From positions 160,001 through 224,000 of the forward strand of contig CAWHWX010000001.1 in NCBI GenBank assembly GCA_963833125.1: 64,000 nt of DNA. Direction: 5' to 3'. Source of the DNA: Candidatus Bathyarchaeota archaeon. GTDB taxonomy: Archaea; Thermoproteota; Bathyarchaeia; 40CM-2-53-6. Below, piece by piece: positions 46,216 through 57,076 of the stretch. The notes under the pieces are model-generated. The model had not been told where the DNA came from and ran no database searches. It was given only the letters and a program-made list of their open reading frames with translations. The position numbers and the translations under genes were made by a program. Position 1 is the stretch's first letter, and each line of letters begins with the position of its first letter.

Positions 46216-46950
46216 CTAAGTTCGATTTCCCGACGCTGATTCTTGGATAGTGCACAGATGAGTGTTCCACTTCTTGCGAATCCTTTCGAGTGCTTTTAGA
46301 GGTAAGTTGTCGTCGCGTGAGATTCCACGCTGGGGGTGTTCTATGGTATCGAACATTGGCCCCGGAAGATAGGAACCTAAATGTCCGGCTTTTGCGATTC
46401 GGGAGATCATGTCCCAGTCAATAAATCGTGGCACAGAGGTGTCAAAACCTGGAAAAATATCTCGACGCATCGGAGAAGCTGCATCAATGTAGTTTGACAT
46501 ATATCCTGAATAGATTCCTTCTAGAAGTAGCTCCTTGTCGAACGGACGAGACTTAAATTCCCCGACGGCTTCTAATTTTCCGTTTTCATACCGAAGGATT
46601 CCGTAGTCACCATAGACAAACCCCACGTCATTTGATATCAAAGAGACTGCCTTCCACACTGCTTGAGGGTGCAGGATGATGTCGTCAGCTGAGAAGAGCA
46701 CACATTGCCCGCGGGATTTCTTGAAGCCGAGATTCCATGCTGCCGCTGCACCGATGTTTCTTCCGGGTTCAAGAACGAGAACGTTCGAAAGATCGTGCAG
46801 CGACTTGTTCAGTAGGTCCTTCGGTGAATTGTTGATCAATATGACTTGGTAAGGGTTAGTTTCTTGGATGCTCTTGAGCACGTAGGGCCAGAAAGGCTTG
46901 CGGCTTAGCTTCCAGCAAGGAACTATGATTGACAACGTCTTATCAGTCAT
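46216..46950 (-). CDS. GT2 glycosyltransferase
   Basis: LSIIVPCW, NIGAAAAWNLG, FSADDII, FVYGDY, FIDWDM. Confidence 0.85.
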   Translation of the reverse strand: MTDKTLSIIVPCWKLSRKPFWPYVLKSIQETNPYQVILINNSPKDLLNKSLHDLSNVLVLEPGRNIGAAAAWNLGFKKSRGQCVLFSADDIILHPQAVWKAVSLISNDVGFVYGDYGILRYENGKLEAVGEFKSRPFDKELLLEGIYSGYMSNYIDAASPMRRDIFPGFDTSVPRFIDWDMISRIAKAGHLGSYLPGPMFDTIEHPQRGISRDDNLPLKALERIRKKWNTHLCTIQESASGNRT

Positions 46951-47176
46951 TAGACGTATCGTGCCCTTAGCATAGTGAAACTGACACTACCGAAAAATCT
47001 TTGTCTTCTGCACGAATCGCCTGATTTGATAATCCTAGTTTAAACGGTCCTGTAGAAGTCAAATCCTTTGTGTTTTGCGGCTAAGGGTTTTTACTCATGG
47101 TCCTCTCGTAAATCCTCCATTGGACTTGGTTCGCCAAACGTAAAGCGCAAATTGTAATCTCAGCGAGACGTTAAGA

Positions 47177-48283
47177 ATGAAAGTAATGTTTGTCTTGGGT
47201 GCGAGGCCTCAATTCATTAAGTCGGCACCCGTGATTCATGAGCTCCTGACCAAGAGTAATGTCACCCTACAGTTGGTGCATTCGGGGCAACACTATGACC
47301 AACAATTGTCGCAAGTATTCTTCGATGAGTTTAGACTTCCAAAACCCATACTAAACCTCCAGGTGGGTTCAGGTTCTCACGCTGCCCAGACGGCAAGAGC
47401 AACGATAGGGGTTGAGCAATCAATACTCCAAGCCAAACCCAATCTCGTCCTAGTTATCGGGGACACGAACACTACATTAGCGGGCGCCCTGTCTGCAAGT
47501 AAACTCCGTGTGCCAGTCGGTCACGTAGAAGCAGGCGCTCGTTCACAGGATTTTCTAATGGCTGAAGAAATCAACAGACGCGTTACAGATCATGTAAGTA
47601 GCCTGTTATTCGCCCCGACTCGGACAACTGCCCAGAACTTGTATCGTGAGGGTATCCCAAGTCAGAATGTTCACTTGGTAGGGGACACCATAGTTGACGC
47701 TCTCAAGGGAGTTTTGCCTATGGCTTCAATCGCTCAAAGTCGCTTGCTATCCAAGTTGAAAGTTGAGCCAAGAGAATACGTGCTGGTGACGGCGCATCGA
47801 GCAGAAAATGTTGATGAATTACGGTGCCTCAAATCTCTCGTGACCTCGCTTGTTTACATATCTAGACGCATCAAAATCATATTTCTCATGCACCCAAGAG
47901 TCAAACTTAGGTTGACGAAGTTTCATCTTCTTCCAATATTGAAGCGGCAACAACGAATTACTTTAACGCGGCCTGTAGATTACATAAGTTCAATCTGCCT
48001 ACTCGACAACGCCGCTGCCGTGCTTACTGATTCAGGCGGGTTGCAGAAGGAAGCCTTCCTTCTCGGTGTTCCATGTGCAACGATGCGCAAGGATACAGAA
48101 TGGCCGGAAACAACCGTCGCGGGTGCTAATGCTCTCGTCGGTTTGGACAGTGATAACATTTTGGATGCAATCACCGAAGCGACCGATAATGACGCCCCGC
48201 ATACGCATCGTCTAACTAAGACAGCCTTTGGAGACGGAAAAGCGTCAAAGCGCATCGCTAAAATTGTGGCAACATACGAATGA
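47177..48283 (+). CDS. wecB: UDP-N-acetylglucosamine 2-epimerase (non-hydrolysing)
   Basis: GARPQFIK, SGQHYD, GDTNTTLAGAL, HVEAGARS, EEINR, HRAENVD, TDSGGLQKEA, GDGKAS. Confidence 0.96.
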   Translation: MKVMFVLGARPQFIKSAPVIHELLTKSNVTLQLVHSGQHYDQQLSQVFFDEFRLPKPILNLQVGSGSHAAQTARATIGVEQSILQAKPNLVLVIGDTNTTLAGALSASKLRVPVGHVEAGARSQDFLMAEEINRRVTDHVSSLLFAPTRTTAQNLYREGIPSQNVHLVGDTIVDALKGVLPMASIAQSRLLSKLKVEPREYVLVTAHRAENVDELRCLKSLVTSLVYISRRIKIIFLMHPRVKLRLTKFHLLPILKRQQRITLTRPVDYISSICLLDNAAAVLTDSGGLQKEAFLLGVPCATMRKDTEWPETTVAGANALVGLDSDNILDAITEATDNDAPHTHRLTKTAFGDGKASKRIAKIVATYE

Positions 48284-48403
48284 GCGAATTGATTGAAAAC
48301 TTCAAAGTCAAGTCGCAGAAAATTCCTGTGTATGATGCAATCAGCTGAAATTATTCCAGTTATTAGAACGTGGCTCGGAAAAATCGATGGATGAGTAGCT
48401 CAA

Positions 48404-49576
48404 ATGCTATTGTCGACACGCGCACGTAGCATTACGCCCCAAGTAGTGGCGATAATACCATCGGTCATTCCGTCGACCACTATCAATGTTGTTAAGCCAT
48501 TAACCCACTTGCAATTTGCACGCCTCATTTCGGCCAGGATATACCTTGAGGATAGTTTGGTGCCGTTAGACGATCTTGCGAAGGCTGACTTAGTTGTCTT
48601 CTGTCGCAATGTCCAGCCGATTTACGCGCAGTGGTTGGAATTCGTCCTAAAGAACAAGATACCATATGCGTATGACCTAGACGATAATTTCTTTGACATA
48701 CCGAGCAGAAATCCGGTTGCAAAATACTATCGGCCCAAACAGCTGGCCATGTTGAAACGATACCTAACAAATGCAAACTTAGTTCGAGTCTACTCAAACG
48801 AGTTGCTTGCGAAGATCCACGATTTGAACTCAAAAGTAGTGAGGGTTCAAGGGCCTATGGATATCCGGCTGATTCCTGAAAAAAGGTCCACTCGACGCAC
48901 AAGGCGAATTAAGCTGGCATACGAGACAAGTTTAGTTCTGGGTCACGAATACGAAGACATCTATATCGGACCATTGATGCGCGTTCTTGAAGAATACCGT
49001 GGAAAAATCGAACTGCATTTTTGGGGTCATCTCCCACGAAGACTACGAGGAAGTAAGGATGTGTATTTTCATCCATTTATGACAAATTATGATCGGTTCA
49101 TCAAGAGTTTTGCAAGTTCGAATTACGACATTGGTCTGGCTCCACTGAACGATGATAGCTTCACTCGCTCGAAGAGCGACAATAAATTTAGAGACTACGG
49201 AGCGTGCGGAATCGCCGGGATCTACTCTAAGGTGCGAGCCTACACGGAGTCAGTGGTAGACCATGAAACTGGGTTGATCGTCGAGAATAATCCTGAAGCA
49301 TGGCATAATGCAATCGTTAACCTGATCGAGGACAAACAACTTAGGGAAAAAATTCAGCGACAAGCAAGAGAATACGTTCAGATACACTACTCCCAGCGCA
49401 TGTTCGAGGAGGTGTGGTATAGACACATTCGGTATGTATTGGGTCAGCGGGGCTTGATTGATCATTTGCTTATGCTGGTCCTTAGCGTGCGTACTCACAC
49501 CACTCAAGGAGCATTCGCCAGGTTGATTTCATATATTGGATTCCGAATAACAATGAGACACGGCCTTCCAGATTAG
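48404..49576 (+). CDS. GT-B (GT4-like) glycosyltransferase
   Basis: YDLDDNFF, DIGLAPL.D..F..SKSDNKFRDY, IYS.V..Y, GLIVEN..EAW. Confidence 0.85.
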   Translation: MLLSTRARSITPQVVAIIPSVIPSTTINVVKPLTHLQFARLISARIYLEDSLVPLDDLAKADLVVFCRNVQPIYAQWLEFVLKNKIPYAYDLDDNFFDIPSRNPVAKYYRPKQLAMLKRYLTNANLVRVYSNELLAKIHDLNSKVVRVQGPMDIRLIPEKRSTRRTRRIKLAYETSLVLGHEYEDIYIGPLMRVLEEYRGKIELHFWGHLPRRLRGSKDVYFHPFMTNYDRFIKSFASSNYDIGLAPLNDDSFTRSKSDNKFRDYGACGIAGIYSKVRAYTESVVDHETGLIVENNPEAWHNAIVNLIEDKQLREKIQRQAREYVQIHYSQRMFEEVWYRHIRYVLGQRGLIDHLLMLVLSVRTHTTQGAFARLISYIGFRITMRHGLPD

Positions 49577-49751
49577 AAGGAATCTTGTCGTAAACTGAAT
49601 CATCCATTATGGCCAGAACGATCCCATCACTCTATATTATGTTGTTTTTGTAACTGGGAACCGATGATGGTTGAGGTCCATAAATTCTAGAGCAAATTAT
49701 TCGGCTGCGAAATGGACTAGTTCGTGCTTAACTCCTTGAGGAGCTGATTAA

Positions 49752-50747
49752 TTGAGAATAGTTGGGATGATACCGGTTTATAATGAAGCGGACATGGTCG
49801 GACAAGTAATTGAACATTTGACATCACAAGGAATCAAACTCGTTGTGTTGGACAATGGATCAACTGACGGCTCTTTCGAAATCATCAAACACTATGTCAG
49901 CAAAGACATACTTAGTGTCCAGCGAATCGTAACTGAGAAATTTGAGCTCACGTTAATGTTGAGAAAGCTCTTCGCGATGGCAATTGAACAAAATCCAGAC
50001 TGGATACTACTTAGTGGAGCGGATGAATTTCTTGAATCACCCTATCGCGGGTTCAGTCTCAACAAAGCCATTATGATCGAGGCGGAGAGAGGATATAATC
50101 TGATTCAATTCAACAATTTTGAATTCTTCCCGGCGGAAATAGATCATGATTCTCAAGAAAAGGATGTGAAGAGGCGGCTTCGGTATTACAGTTGGCACGA
50201 TGACGACCAGTTCCGCTGCTGGAAGGTATACCCCGGTATGAATATTGATGAGTTCGGAGGTCATAAGCCCTCATTTCCACCCGGGGTGGAAATGAGAGTT
50301 TCTCCCAACAAATTCATCCTTAGGCATTACAAGATTCGCTCGTATGAGCACGGATTAAGAAAGGTATTTCGTGAAAGGTTACCACGATACGCGCCGGAAC
50401 AGCGTGCAAAAGGTTGGCATATTCATTACGACAATATTGGCACCAGCAGAGACTACTTTGTGATTGACTCTAGCAAACTCACACGTTATGATGACGACGG
50501 AAATTGGAATTTGGCAAAGACATTTGATGGTTCTTTTGGAGCGTGGAATCCTCCTTTCGGCAACGAGAATATATCAAAGCTTCAAAATGACATCAATAAA
50601 CTCATGCGAGAACTGGATGGACTTCACGGAGAGTTAAGGAAACGTGATCTGTTCATTACTGAACTCAATAATAGCTTGGCCCTGCGTCTCGCCCGAAGAA
50701 TTCCTTTTGGAGCTCATATTCGCAGGCTGCTGGGTATGAGGAAGTAA
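49752..50747 (+). CDS. GT2 (Glyco_tranf_2_4-like) glycosyltransferase, copy 2, with C-terminal coiled coil
   Basis: Near-identical to 41039..42023; intact, with tail ISKLQNDINKLMRELDGLHGELRKRDLFITELNNSLALRLARRIPFG. Confidence 0.9.
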   Translation: MRIVGMIPVYNEADMVGQVIEHLTSQGIKLVVLDNGSTDGSFEIIKHYVSKDILSVQRIVTEKFELTLMLRKLFAMAIEQNPDWILLSGADEFLESPYRGFSLNKAIMIEAERGYNLIQFNNFEFFPAEIDHDSQEKDVKRRLRYYSWHDDDQFRCWKVYPGMNIDEFGGHKPSFPPGVEMRVSPNKFILRHYKIRSYEHGLRKVFRERLPRYAPEQRAKGWHIHYDNIGTSRDYFVIDSSKLTRYDDDGNWNLAKTFDGSFGAWNPPFGNENISKLQNDINKLMRELDGLHGELRKRDLFITELNNSLALRLARRIPFGAHIRRLLGMRK

Positions 50748-50898
50748 CCTTTCAATCAGTCAACCAATATTTGCCATCCAACGAATTCAGGTCATAGACC
50801 AACACATATCGACTTTTTTGACTGCTTCATCGACTGATGGCTTCGCGCGGAACGTGTTGAAGCGCGGAAATAAGGCGAACAGAAGAGTCAAACTATCA

Positions 50899-51977
50899 TC
50901 AAAAGTTACCGGAGACGTGTTCGAATAGGATATCAAGCAACTTTCTGAGCTGGGTGTGTTCCTTGGGTTGGTATCTTCTGAGGTCAGGGAACATCTCCTG
51001 CAAAATTTCTACTTCTCGTACACTTCTAGTCCCTTGAACCCTAAGACGGGCGGCGAAGGTGCTCCTAAAGTTACGCAGATTCCATAGAACCCCGTTCAAC
51101 AACGCGACGGTCTTGCGTGATTCGAAGGGGACGAACCCTAGGGTGAGCAGTAATGTGTAGAGGAAGTAGTTTCGAAGTGCCCAGCCAAGAGAGGATCCAC
51201 AGTTCTTGAGTATCGCACGCAGTACGTTGCGGTGGGATAGATACAATTTCTCAGGGTCGAGACCGCTTGTTTCCCTTGATCCGGAGTAGTAATGCGCGAC
51301 TTTGGCAGCCGGCTCGTAGGCTAACTTGAAGCCTCTCAACCGAAGCCTCCAGGATAGGTCAACATCTTCCACGTAAGCGAAGAACTTTGAATCGAATCCG
51401 CCTATGAGGCCGAAAGCTTTCTTCCGCACCAACATTGCTGCCCCGCACACTGAGAAGGGGGTTATGGGCAGGTCATCGTACTGACCACGATCTCGCTCGT
51501 ATTTGCCTATGTCGACGAAGCCTCGCCAGTATTTTATGCCCATTGCCCCTACCGAATCTAGAGTTGTGAGTCCTTCATAGTAACAAGCTTGCACCCAACC
51601 GCCGCTACATCCGGGTTCATCTTCAAACGCTCCACTAGAAGCTCAATCCAGTTTCGCGTCAGAATCGACGTGTCGTTATTCAGGAAGAGAACGTATTCGG
51701 CTTCAACCTCAGCGACCGCGTGATTGTAGGCTTCTGCAAATCCAAGATTAGTTTGAAATGTTAACATCCGCACGGATGGAAATGTGGTTTTGACGAAATT
51801 TTCGGACCCGTCTGTGCTTCCATTATCAATTACGTAAACGATAGAGTTGGGGTAGGTTGATTGTATAACTGAGGGTACGCATGTTTTGAGCCAGTCGATT
51901 CCGTTGAAATTAAGAATTAAAACGGCGACTCGCGGTGCATGAGCCTTGGTTAATTCGGCTGTAGCCGCTTTAACCAC
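50899..51977 (-). CDS. GT2 glycosyltransferase (WbbL/RfbF-like); frameshift near 51570; start uncertain
   Basis: ILNFNG, IDNGSTDGS, NLGFAEAYN, FLNNDT, CGAAML, GGFD..FFAYVEDVDLSWR. Confidence 0.88.
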
Positions 51978-52045
51978 CTGCTTATCGTCCCTCGGTTGCT
52001 TGAACCGTCTTGGCTGGCTGAAATGCGATATCGGGCGTGAATAGT

Positions 52046-53020
52046 CTATTGGAGAATCGCTGACCGTTGCTTGATCCATTCTAGCGTAAGAGCTAAGCCT
52101 TGTTCAAGGTTGACTTTCGGCATCCAGCCAGTCGCCATAATCTTTGACACCTCAGGGACCCTTCTTTGCACATCGTAAGTGTAGCTTGGGAGATGTTTCA
52201 CTTGGAACGGTTCCTTGCGTCCACATAACTTCCAAATCCTTTCAGCCAGCTCTAATACAGACGTCTCCACGCCGTTTCCAATATTGAAATCAGTGTTCTC
52301 GTACTTCTCAGCGAGGTACACGATGGCGTGGGCGAGGTCATCAACGTAAGTGTAACTTCTAGTCTGCTGCCCAGAGCCAAGGATTTCCAGCGGATATTGA
52401 CCTGACAGTGTCTTCTGTATCAGGTCAGGAATCACGTGTGCATACCCCACGTAATCTCCCGCCATTTCTCCAGGCCCGTAGGCGTTGAAGGGTCTGACTA
52501 TGAGGTAGTTAACCCCATACTGCTCCTGGTATGTTCGTGCTATGTATTCTGCGACAAGTTTTGAGAAACCGTAACCGCTCATAGGCGGCGGCGTCATCTC
52601 AAGCGCTGTCTCAGGGGTTGGGAAGACTGCGGCTCGTTCGAACACCATCGATGAGGATAAGCAGACGACCTTTGTCTCAGAGTCTCTAGCTGCCTCCCAG
52701 ATGTTGAAATTCATTATTGAATTGTCGCGTAGGCTTTCGGCTGGTGTCTTGTGAAAGTATCCGATTCCTCCGATTTTTGCTGCCAAGTGAAAGCAAATTT
52801 CAGTGTTTCTCATCGTCTTCCTAGCCACCTCTGAGGCCAGAAGGTTCGAGGTTGTGAATTCTATGCGATCAGATACTTCCTCCAAGTTCCTTGCCGCGCC
52901 TTTTGATAGATCGTCCGCCACCGTCACCTTAGCGTCTAGGCTTACGAGTTTTCTTACAAGTCTGTGCCCTATGAAACCGGCTCCGCCGGTGACGAGCACT
53001 CGCTTGCCGGTCCAGCTCAT
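52046..53020 (-). CDS. NAD-dependent nucleotide-sugar epimerase/dehydratase (extended SDR)
   Basis: VTGGAGFIG, HLAA, YGFSK, RPFNAYGP, GSGQQTRSYTYVDD. Confidence 0.93.
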   Translation of the reverse strand: MSWTGKRVLVTGGAGFIGHRLVRKLVSLDAKVTVADDLSKGAARNLEEVSDRIEFTTSNLLASEVARKTMRNTEICFHLAAKIGGIGYFHKTPAESLRDNSIMNFNIWEAARDSETKVVCLSSSMVFERAAVFPTPETALEMTPPPMSGYGFSKLVAEYIARTYQEQYGVNYLIVRPFNAYGPGEMAGDYVGYAHVIPDLIQKTLSGQYPLEILGSGQQTRSYTYVDDLAHAIVYLAEKYENTDFNIGNGVETSVLELAERIWKLCGRKEPFQVKHLPSYTYDVQRRVPEVSKIMATGWMPKVNLEQGLALTLEWIKQRSAILQ

Positions 53021-54297
53021 GCCTTGCCGAACCTCATGTAACGAGTCTTTTTGAAATCTGTGGGCTTATAGACACCCCACACGTCGTAGAATATCTTGCA
53101 TCCCGATTCATCGATTCTACTCGCTATGTTTCGGAATGCAGAATGATTCGTGGCCAAGATGACCGCATCTGGGCTAGTCAGAACTTTGTCTAGGGTTTCG
53201 GTACCTTTGACATGCGGATCATGAACCAGAACTTCTGCGCCGTACGCCTTGAGTATATCGATGAGTTTCACGGAAGGTGACAGGCGTGTGTCGTCGCTGT
53301 CTGATTTGAACGCGAGACCAAGAACAGCGACTCGGAGTTTGTAGAGGGGGCCCAATTCGCGCATCAAGGATTGGGCAACGTGCTGGGGCACGCCTTCGTT
53401 CAGCTTCCATGCTGTAGAAATAATGCTGCTGAAGGTTGTATTGTTGTCCAGCAGAAACCCATCCTTTCCAAGACAAGGTCCCCCAGCAAAGCCCGGTGCT
53501 GGAATCTTTGACCGCTCATAGCCCTCGTTAGCGACTCTAACGATTTCATGCGCATCCTCCCCATATCTTTCAGACCATATCGCAAACTCGTTTGCGATCG
53601 CGAAGTTGACGTATCGGTAAATGTTGGTGAACAGTTTTGCGAGTTCCGCGCCGGTTGGCGTGGTTGAGACTATCTTCTTTTTTGGGTTAATCTTTCTAAA
53701 TAGTTCAGACGCAATTTCTGCACTAACGACGTCTGCCGCTCCGATGATTTCGGGCAGTTCGTAGAGTTCTCTGTGAGCGTTTCCTTCAAGAATTCTTTCA
53801 GGGCAAACGGCGAGGGCGAAGTCTTTTCCAATTTGCAGACTAGTCTCTTTCACTAACATAGGTCGAACGATAGTCTCCATTGTTCCTGGGACTGCGGTTG
53901 ACCTGAGTAGAATGGCTTTGTTTCGTAGATCTGCCGCCAAGACCTCAAGCACGGCTGATTGGAGCTGAGAGTAATCGAGCTGGTACTGATTCCCGGTGGG
54001 AGTTCCAACGGTAAGGATTACTATGTCTGATTTCTGAATTGTCTCCTTGGCAGAACCTGAAACGGTCAGCATTCGATCGTGTACGACGGTGGCCAGCCAG
54101 TCTTGAAGTGCTGGGTAATGAAAGGGCATTTCCCCTTTCGCGATGGAGGAAAGCCGCTGCTTATCGATGTCTACGCCTATGACTTTGAGGCCTGATCGCG
54201 CGAAGACAATAGCTAGCGGAAGCCCAACTCGCCCTAAACCGAGAACGCTCACCACAGCAGTTCCGTTTCGAATTTTAGCCGGAATATCAGCTAGCAT
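53017..54297 (-). CDS. Nucleotide-sugar dehydrogenase (WecC/UDP-HexNAc 6-dehydrogenase-like)
   Basis: GLGRVGLP, VGTP, RSTAVPGT, CPERILEG, AELAKLFTNIYR, GGPCLGKD, GLAFK..SDDTRLSP. Confidence 0.9.
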   Translation of the reverse strand: MLADIPAKIRNGTAVVSVLGLGRVGLPLAIVFARSGLKVIGVDIDKQRLSSIAKGEMPFHYPALQDWLATVVHDRMLTVSGSAKETIQKSDIVILTVGTPTGNQYQLDYSQLQSAVLEVLAADLRNKAILLRSTAVPGTMETIVRPMLVKETSLQIGKDFALAVCPERILEGNAHRELYELPEIIGAADVVSAEIASELFRKINPKKKIVSTTPTGAELAKLFTNIYRYVNFAIANEFAIWSERYGEDAHEIVRVANEGYERSKIPAPGFAGGPCLGKDGFLLDNNTTFSSIISTAWKLNEGVPQHVAQSLMRELGPLYKLRVAVLGLAFKSDSDDTRLSPSVKLIDILKAYGAEVLVHDPHVKGTETLDKVLTSPDAVILATNHSAFRNIASRIDESGCKIFYDVWGVYKPTDFKKTRYMRFGKA

Positions 54298-54397
54298 CCT
54301 GTTTCCCTAACCCTAGTTTGAATTAGGCGACATTTGCCATATAACCAGTCTCTAATATCCGCATGAAATTACAGAGGCTAGGAACTGGGGTTTGTTC

Positions 54398-55145
54398 GTG
54401 TCAAAAGGAGAGGAACACAGTAAGCCCATGCTCTCAGTGGTGGTACCAGCTTACAAAGAGGAAGAGTACATAGAACAAACTCTCCGGGATCCGACGCGCA
54501 TGCAATGACTCGAGTGTTTCAACTGAAATCATCGTTGTTGTAGATATAGTGCCTGGAGATAAGACATCTGACTACGTCCACAGAGTTTCCGAAGGCAACC
54601 CCGATATCCGCGTCCACGAACGCTTGGGAAAGAGGGGAGTTGGTGACGCGGTCAGGACGGGAATTGGGATGGCCAAGGGAGAGGTTCTTGTTGTTGCAAT
54701 GGGGGACCAAAGCGAGGACCCCAACGAGATCGTCAGACTAGCCAAGAGCTGCGTTGACTACGATATTGTCTTCGCAAACAGGTTCAAGCACGGGAAGCCG
54801 CGTGGTTATCCGTTCGTCAAGTACGTGGCTAATCGGTCGTGCAATTATGCTGTCAAGTGGATTGCTGGGATTCCATATTCAGATACGACAAACGCCTTCA
54901 AAGCTTACAGACTCGAAACGCTAAGACGCGTTCAGCTGACTTCAGACGGGTTCGAAATATTCCTAGAAATCCCATTAAAGATCATGCAATGTGAAGGGAT
55001 TAGAAGTCGAGAAATCGAAGCTAGCCACGTCGTCAGAAGAAAGAAGACCCCAAAGCTCTCAGTTACAAAGGACGGCTACCGCTACCTCCGTGTGCTCCTA
55101 ACCCCACTCCGGTCTCATCCCAAAATGCTGGATAAGAAAATATGA
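54398..55145 (+). CDS. Polyprenol/dolichol-phosphate glycosyltransferase (DPM1-like GT2); frameshift near 54500
   Basis: LSVVVPAYKEEEYI in the upstream frame, then GVGDAVRTG, AMGDQSEDP, DTTNAFKAYR, GFEIFLEI. Confidence 0.8.
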
Positions 55146-55327
55146 TAGCTGCTGAGACTCGAATTAGACTTTCGCTCAAATCGGGCTAATCATGTAGGCA
55201 ATGGATCCGTTAACGATAAGTTGTCCGGTTTCACACCGAAACCTATCATCTGATACTTCCGTGCCAGCTCTTCACACAGCCTTGTGCGATGGTTCCGCTG
55301 CTTCCAACAACAAGAATTTTGCGGTTT

Positions 55328-56150
55328 TCATGTTCTACCGAAGGCTCGTCGTACTGTTTTTCCAAAGGGAACCTTTCTACCAATTTTCAAACTTAGGCTG
55401 TTGTTCAGCGTTTCGATTTGCTTCTGATAGTCTAGTTCTCTAATGCTAAGCGCTTCGATTTGCTTCTGATACTCTAGTTCTCTGCTGGTTACAACTTGGT
55501 GAAAGAGATGCACTATATGCGTTCGGTCTGCCGAGGTGGATTGCTGTTGAAATTCAGGGTACGATGAGATCGGATAGAAATATTCTGGAGAGAGCGCTTT
55601 CTCGATTAGGTTGAATCTTTGCAGATATTCTGTGAATATCGGAACGAGGCCGCCCGGTTGCCACGTCTTGGGATCAATCTGGATACAGTATTTGTATAGT
55701 TGATTAAGCATCTCAGTGTTTTTCGGGAATTTAATGACGGCGTTGCAAACCATGGTTGGTAACTGCGTCCGCGGGTTCCATGCGTTTTCCCAGGCGAATA
55801 CGTAGTCTAGTTTGAAGAATGAGGTCAGTGGTTTAATTAAAATGCAGTCCGTGTCGAAGTACCATCCTCCCTTTTCGTAGAGTAACCTGTAGCGAAATAG
55901 ACTGGATATAGCTGGAATTGCTATTCGGTCCAATGCTCGCCGTCCAACGGTCCGCAACTTCACGTGGCAGGAATTCGCTCGCGTCATGACAAACACATCC
56001 GGGAACGCGAACCAGATCCAAGTTCTTATCGTATGAGTAAAGATGAATTGTAACCCCCGGGAATCTTGTGAACGACCTTAAACACAGTTCAGCGATCCAA
56101 GTAAGCGGCCCCTCGTACCAGAAGAACTGAAACTCATTAGAATTCGCCAT
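55328..56150 (-). CDS. GT32/OCH1-like DXD glycosyltransferase; frameshift near 55950
   Basis: QFFW..PLTWIAELCLRSF, HLYSYD, DASEFLP, then SSLFRYRLLYEKGGWYFDTDCIL, CNAVIKFP, FYPI, VHLF. Confidence 0.85.
55412..55483. repeat. 42-bp tandem repeat encoding a double-heptad coiled-coil unit
   Basis: ttcgatttgcttctgata(g/c)tctagttctct at 55412 and 55454; protein RELEYQKQIEALSI-RELDYQKQIETLNN. Confidence 0.9.
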
Positions 56151-56279
56151 GCAGCAAAAGTGGGTCAGGTGCTGTAAATATCTATGTTCGTCGAGTTCAC
56201 CGATTCCCGATTTCGCGACACACTTCTCACGGAACGATGACGGTCTGTATCACACCAGCGTAGGGAACGACTGCCAGGA

Positions 56280-56711
56280 TTAGCCTGTGGGGGTGTATGT
56301 GGCGGTGTACGTGGTGCTTTGGGTTGGGAAGCTGGAGATGGAGCATCCGGGTCCGAGCTTCACGGTCACGGTGACGACTCCTGGGCCGAGGGTGATGGTT
56401 TGCGAGAAGGGGTATTCGTTGATGCCGCCTTGAAGCGTATACGTTCCGGTAGGGGCTACTATTGTGGCTACTCCATTCGGGCCAGTATATGCCCACTGGT
56501 CCGACGTGAGGCTTCGTAGTTGGACCGGAGCGTACGGAATCGGGTTACCGGCACAGTTGAGAACCGTAACCATAACCGAACCGGTACCTTGCTCTGGTGA
56601 AATTCTGACGTCGCTGATGACCACACCAATAGCTCCGGGAACGGTGGATATCGCAAGAAAAGTAGTTACAACAAGCAACAGGCCGACTAATCCAAATTTC
56701 CGCAAACCCAT
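56280..56711 (-). CDS. Small secreted protein with carboxypeptidase-regulatory-like (transthyretin-fold) domain
   Basis: Signal peptide; GSVMVTV.N..GNPIPYAPVQL...TGPNGVA....PTGTYTL; short Thr-rich tail. Confidence 0.7.
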   Translation of the reverse strand: MGLRKFGLVGLLLVVTTFLAISTVPGAIGVVISDVRISPEQGTGSVMVTVLNCAGNPIPYAPVQLRSLTSDQWAYTGPNGVATIVAPTGTYTLQGGINEYPFSQTITLGPGVVTVTVKLGPGCSISSFPTQSTTYTATYTPTG

Positions 56712-56890
56712 AACACTAAGATAATCAACTCACGGGAAGGAATATCAGAGTTACCCTCATTTATCACACGGGCCTACTTCTGCCTAGTCGGTGTTGATCT
56801 GATAGATAACAAGTAGGCGTCGCCCATCTGCAAATATGCTAGCGCCTTAGCGCAACCATTTAAGGCTCGATGTGGTGTGGTTAGGCTGCT

Positions 56891-57076
56891 ATGTCCAGGC
56901 TCATCCTTGAAAGAGAACTTCACCTGATTAGGGAAAGGCTGGAAGCGATTGAAGAAGCCCTCGGCGAGGAAATAACCGATGACGACAAGGAAGCACTCGA
57001 AGAAGCGTTAAAGGAGCACCGAGAAGGCAAGACAATCGCATTCACGCTGCCTAGGTCAAGGACTCGCAACCGTTGA
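56891..57076 (+). CDS. Antitoxin of a RelE-type module
   Basis: Acidic 61 aa, EEITDDDKEALEEALKEHREGKT; TGA overlaps the toxin TTG. Confidence 0.8.
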   Translation: MSRLILERELHLIRERLEAIEEALGEEITDDDKEALEEALKEHREGKTIAFTLPRSRTRNR

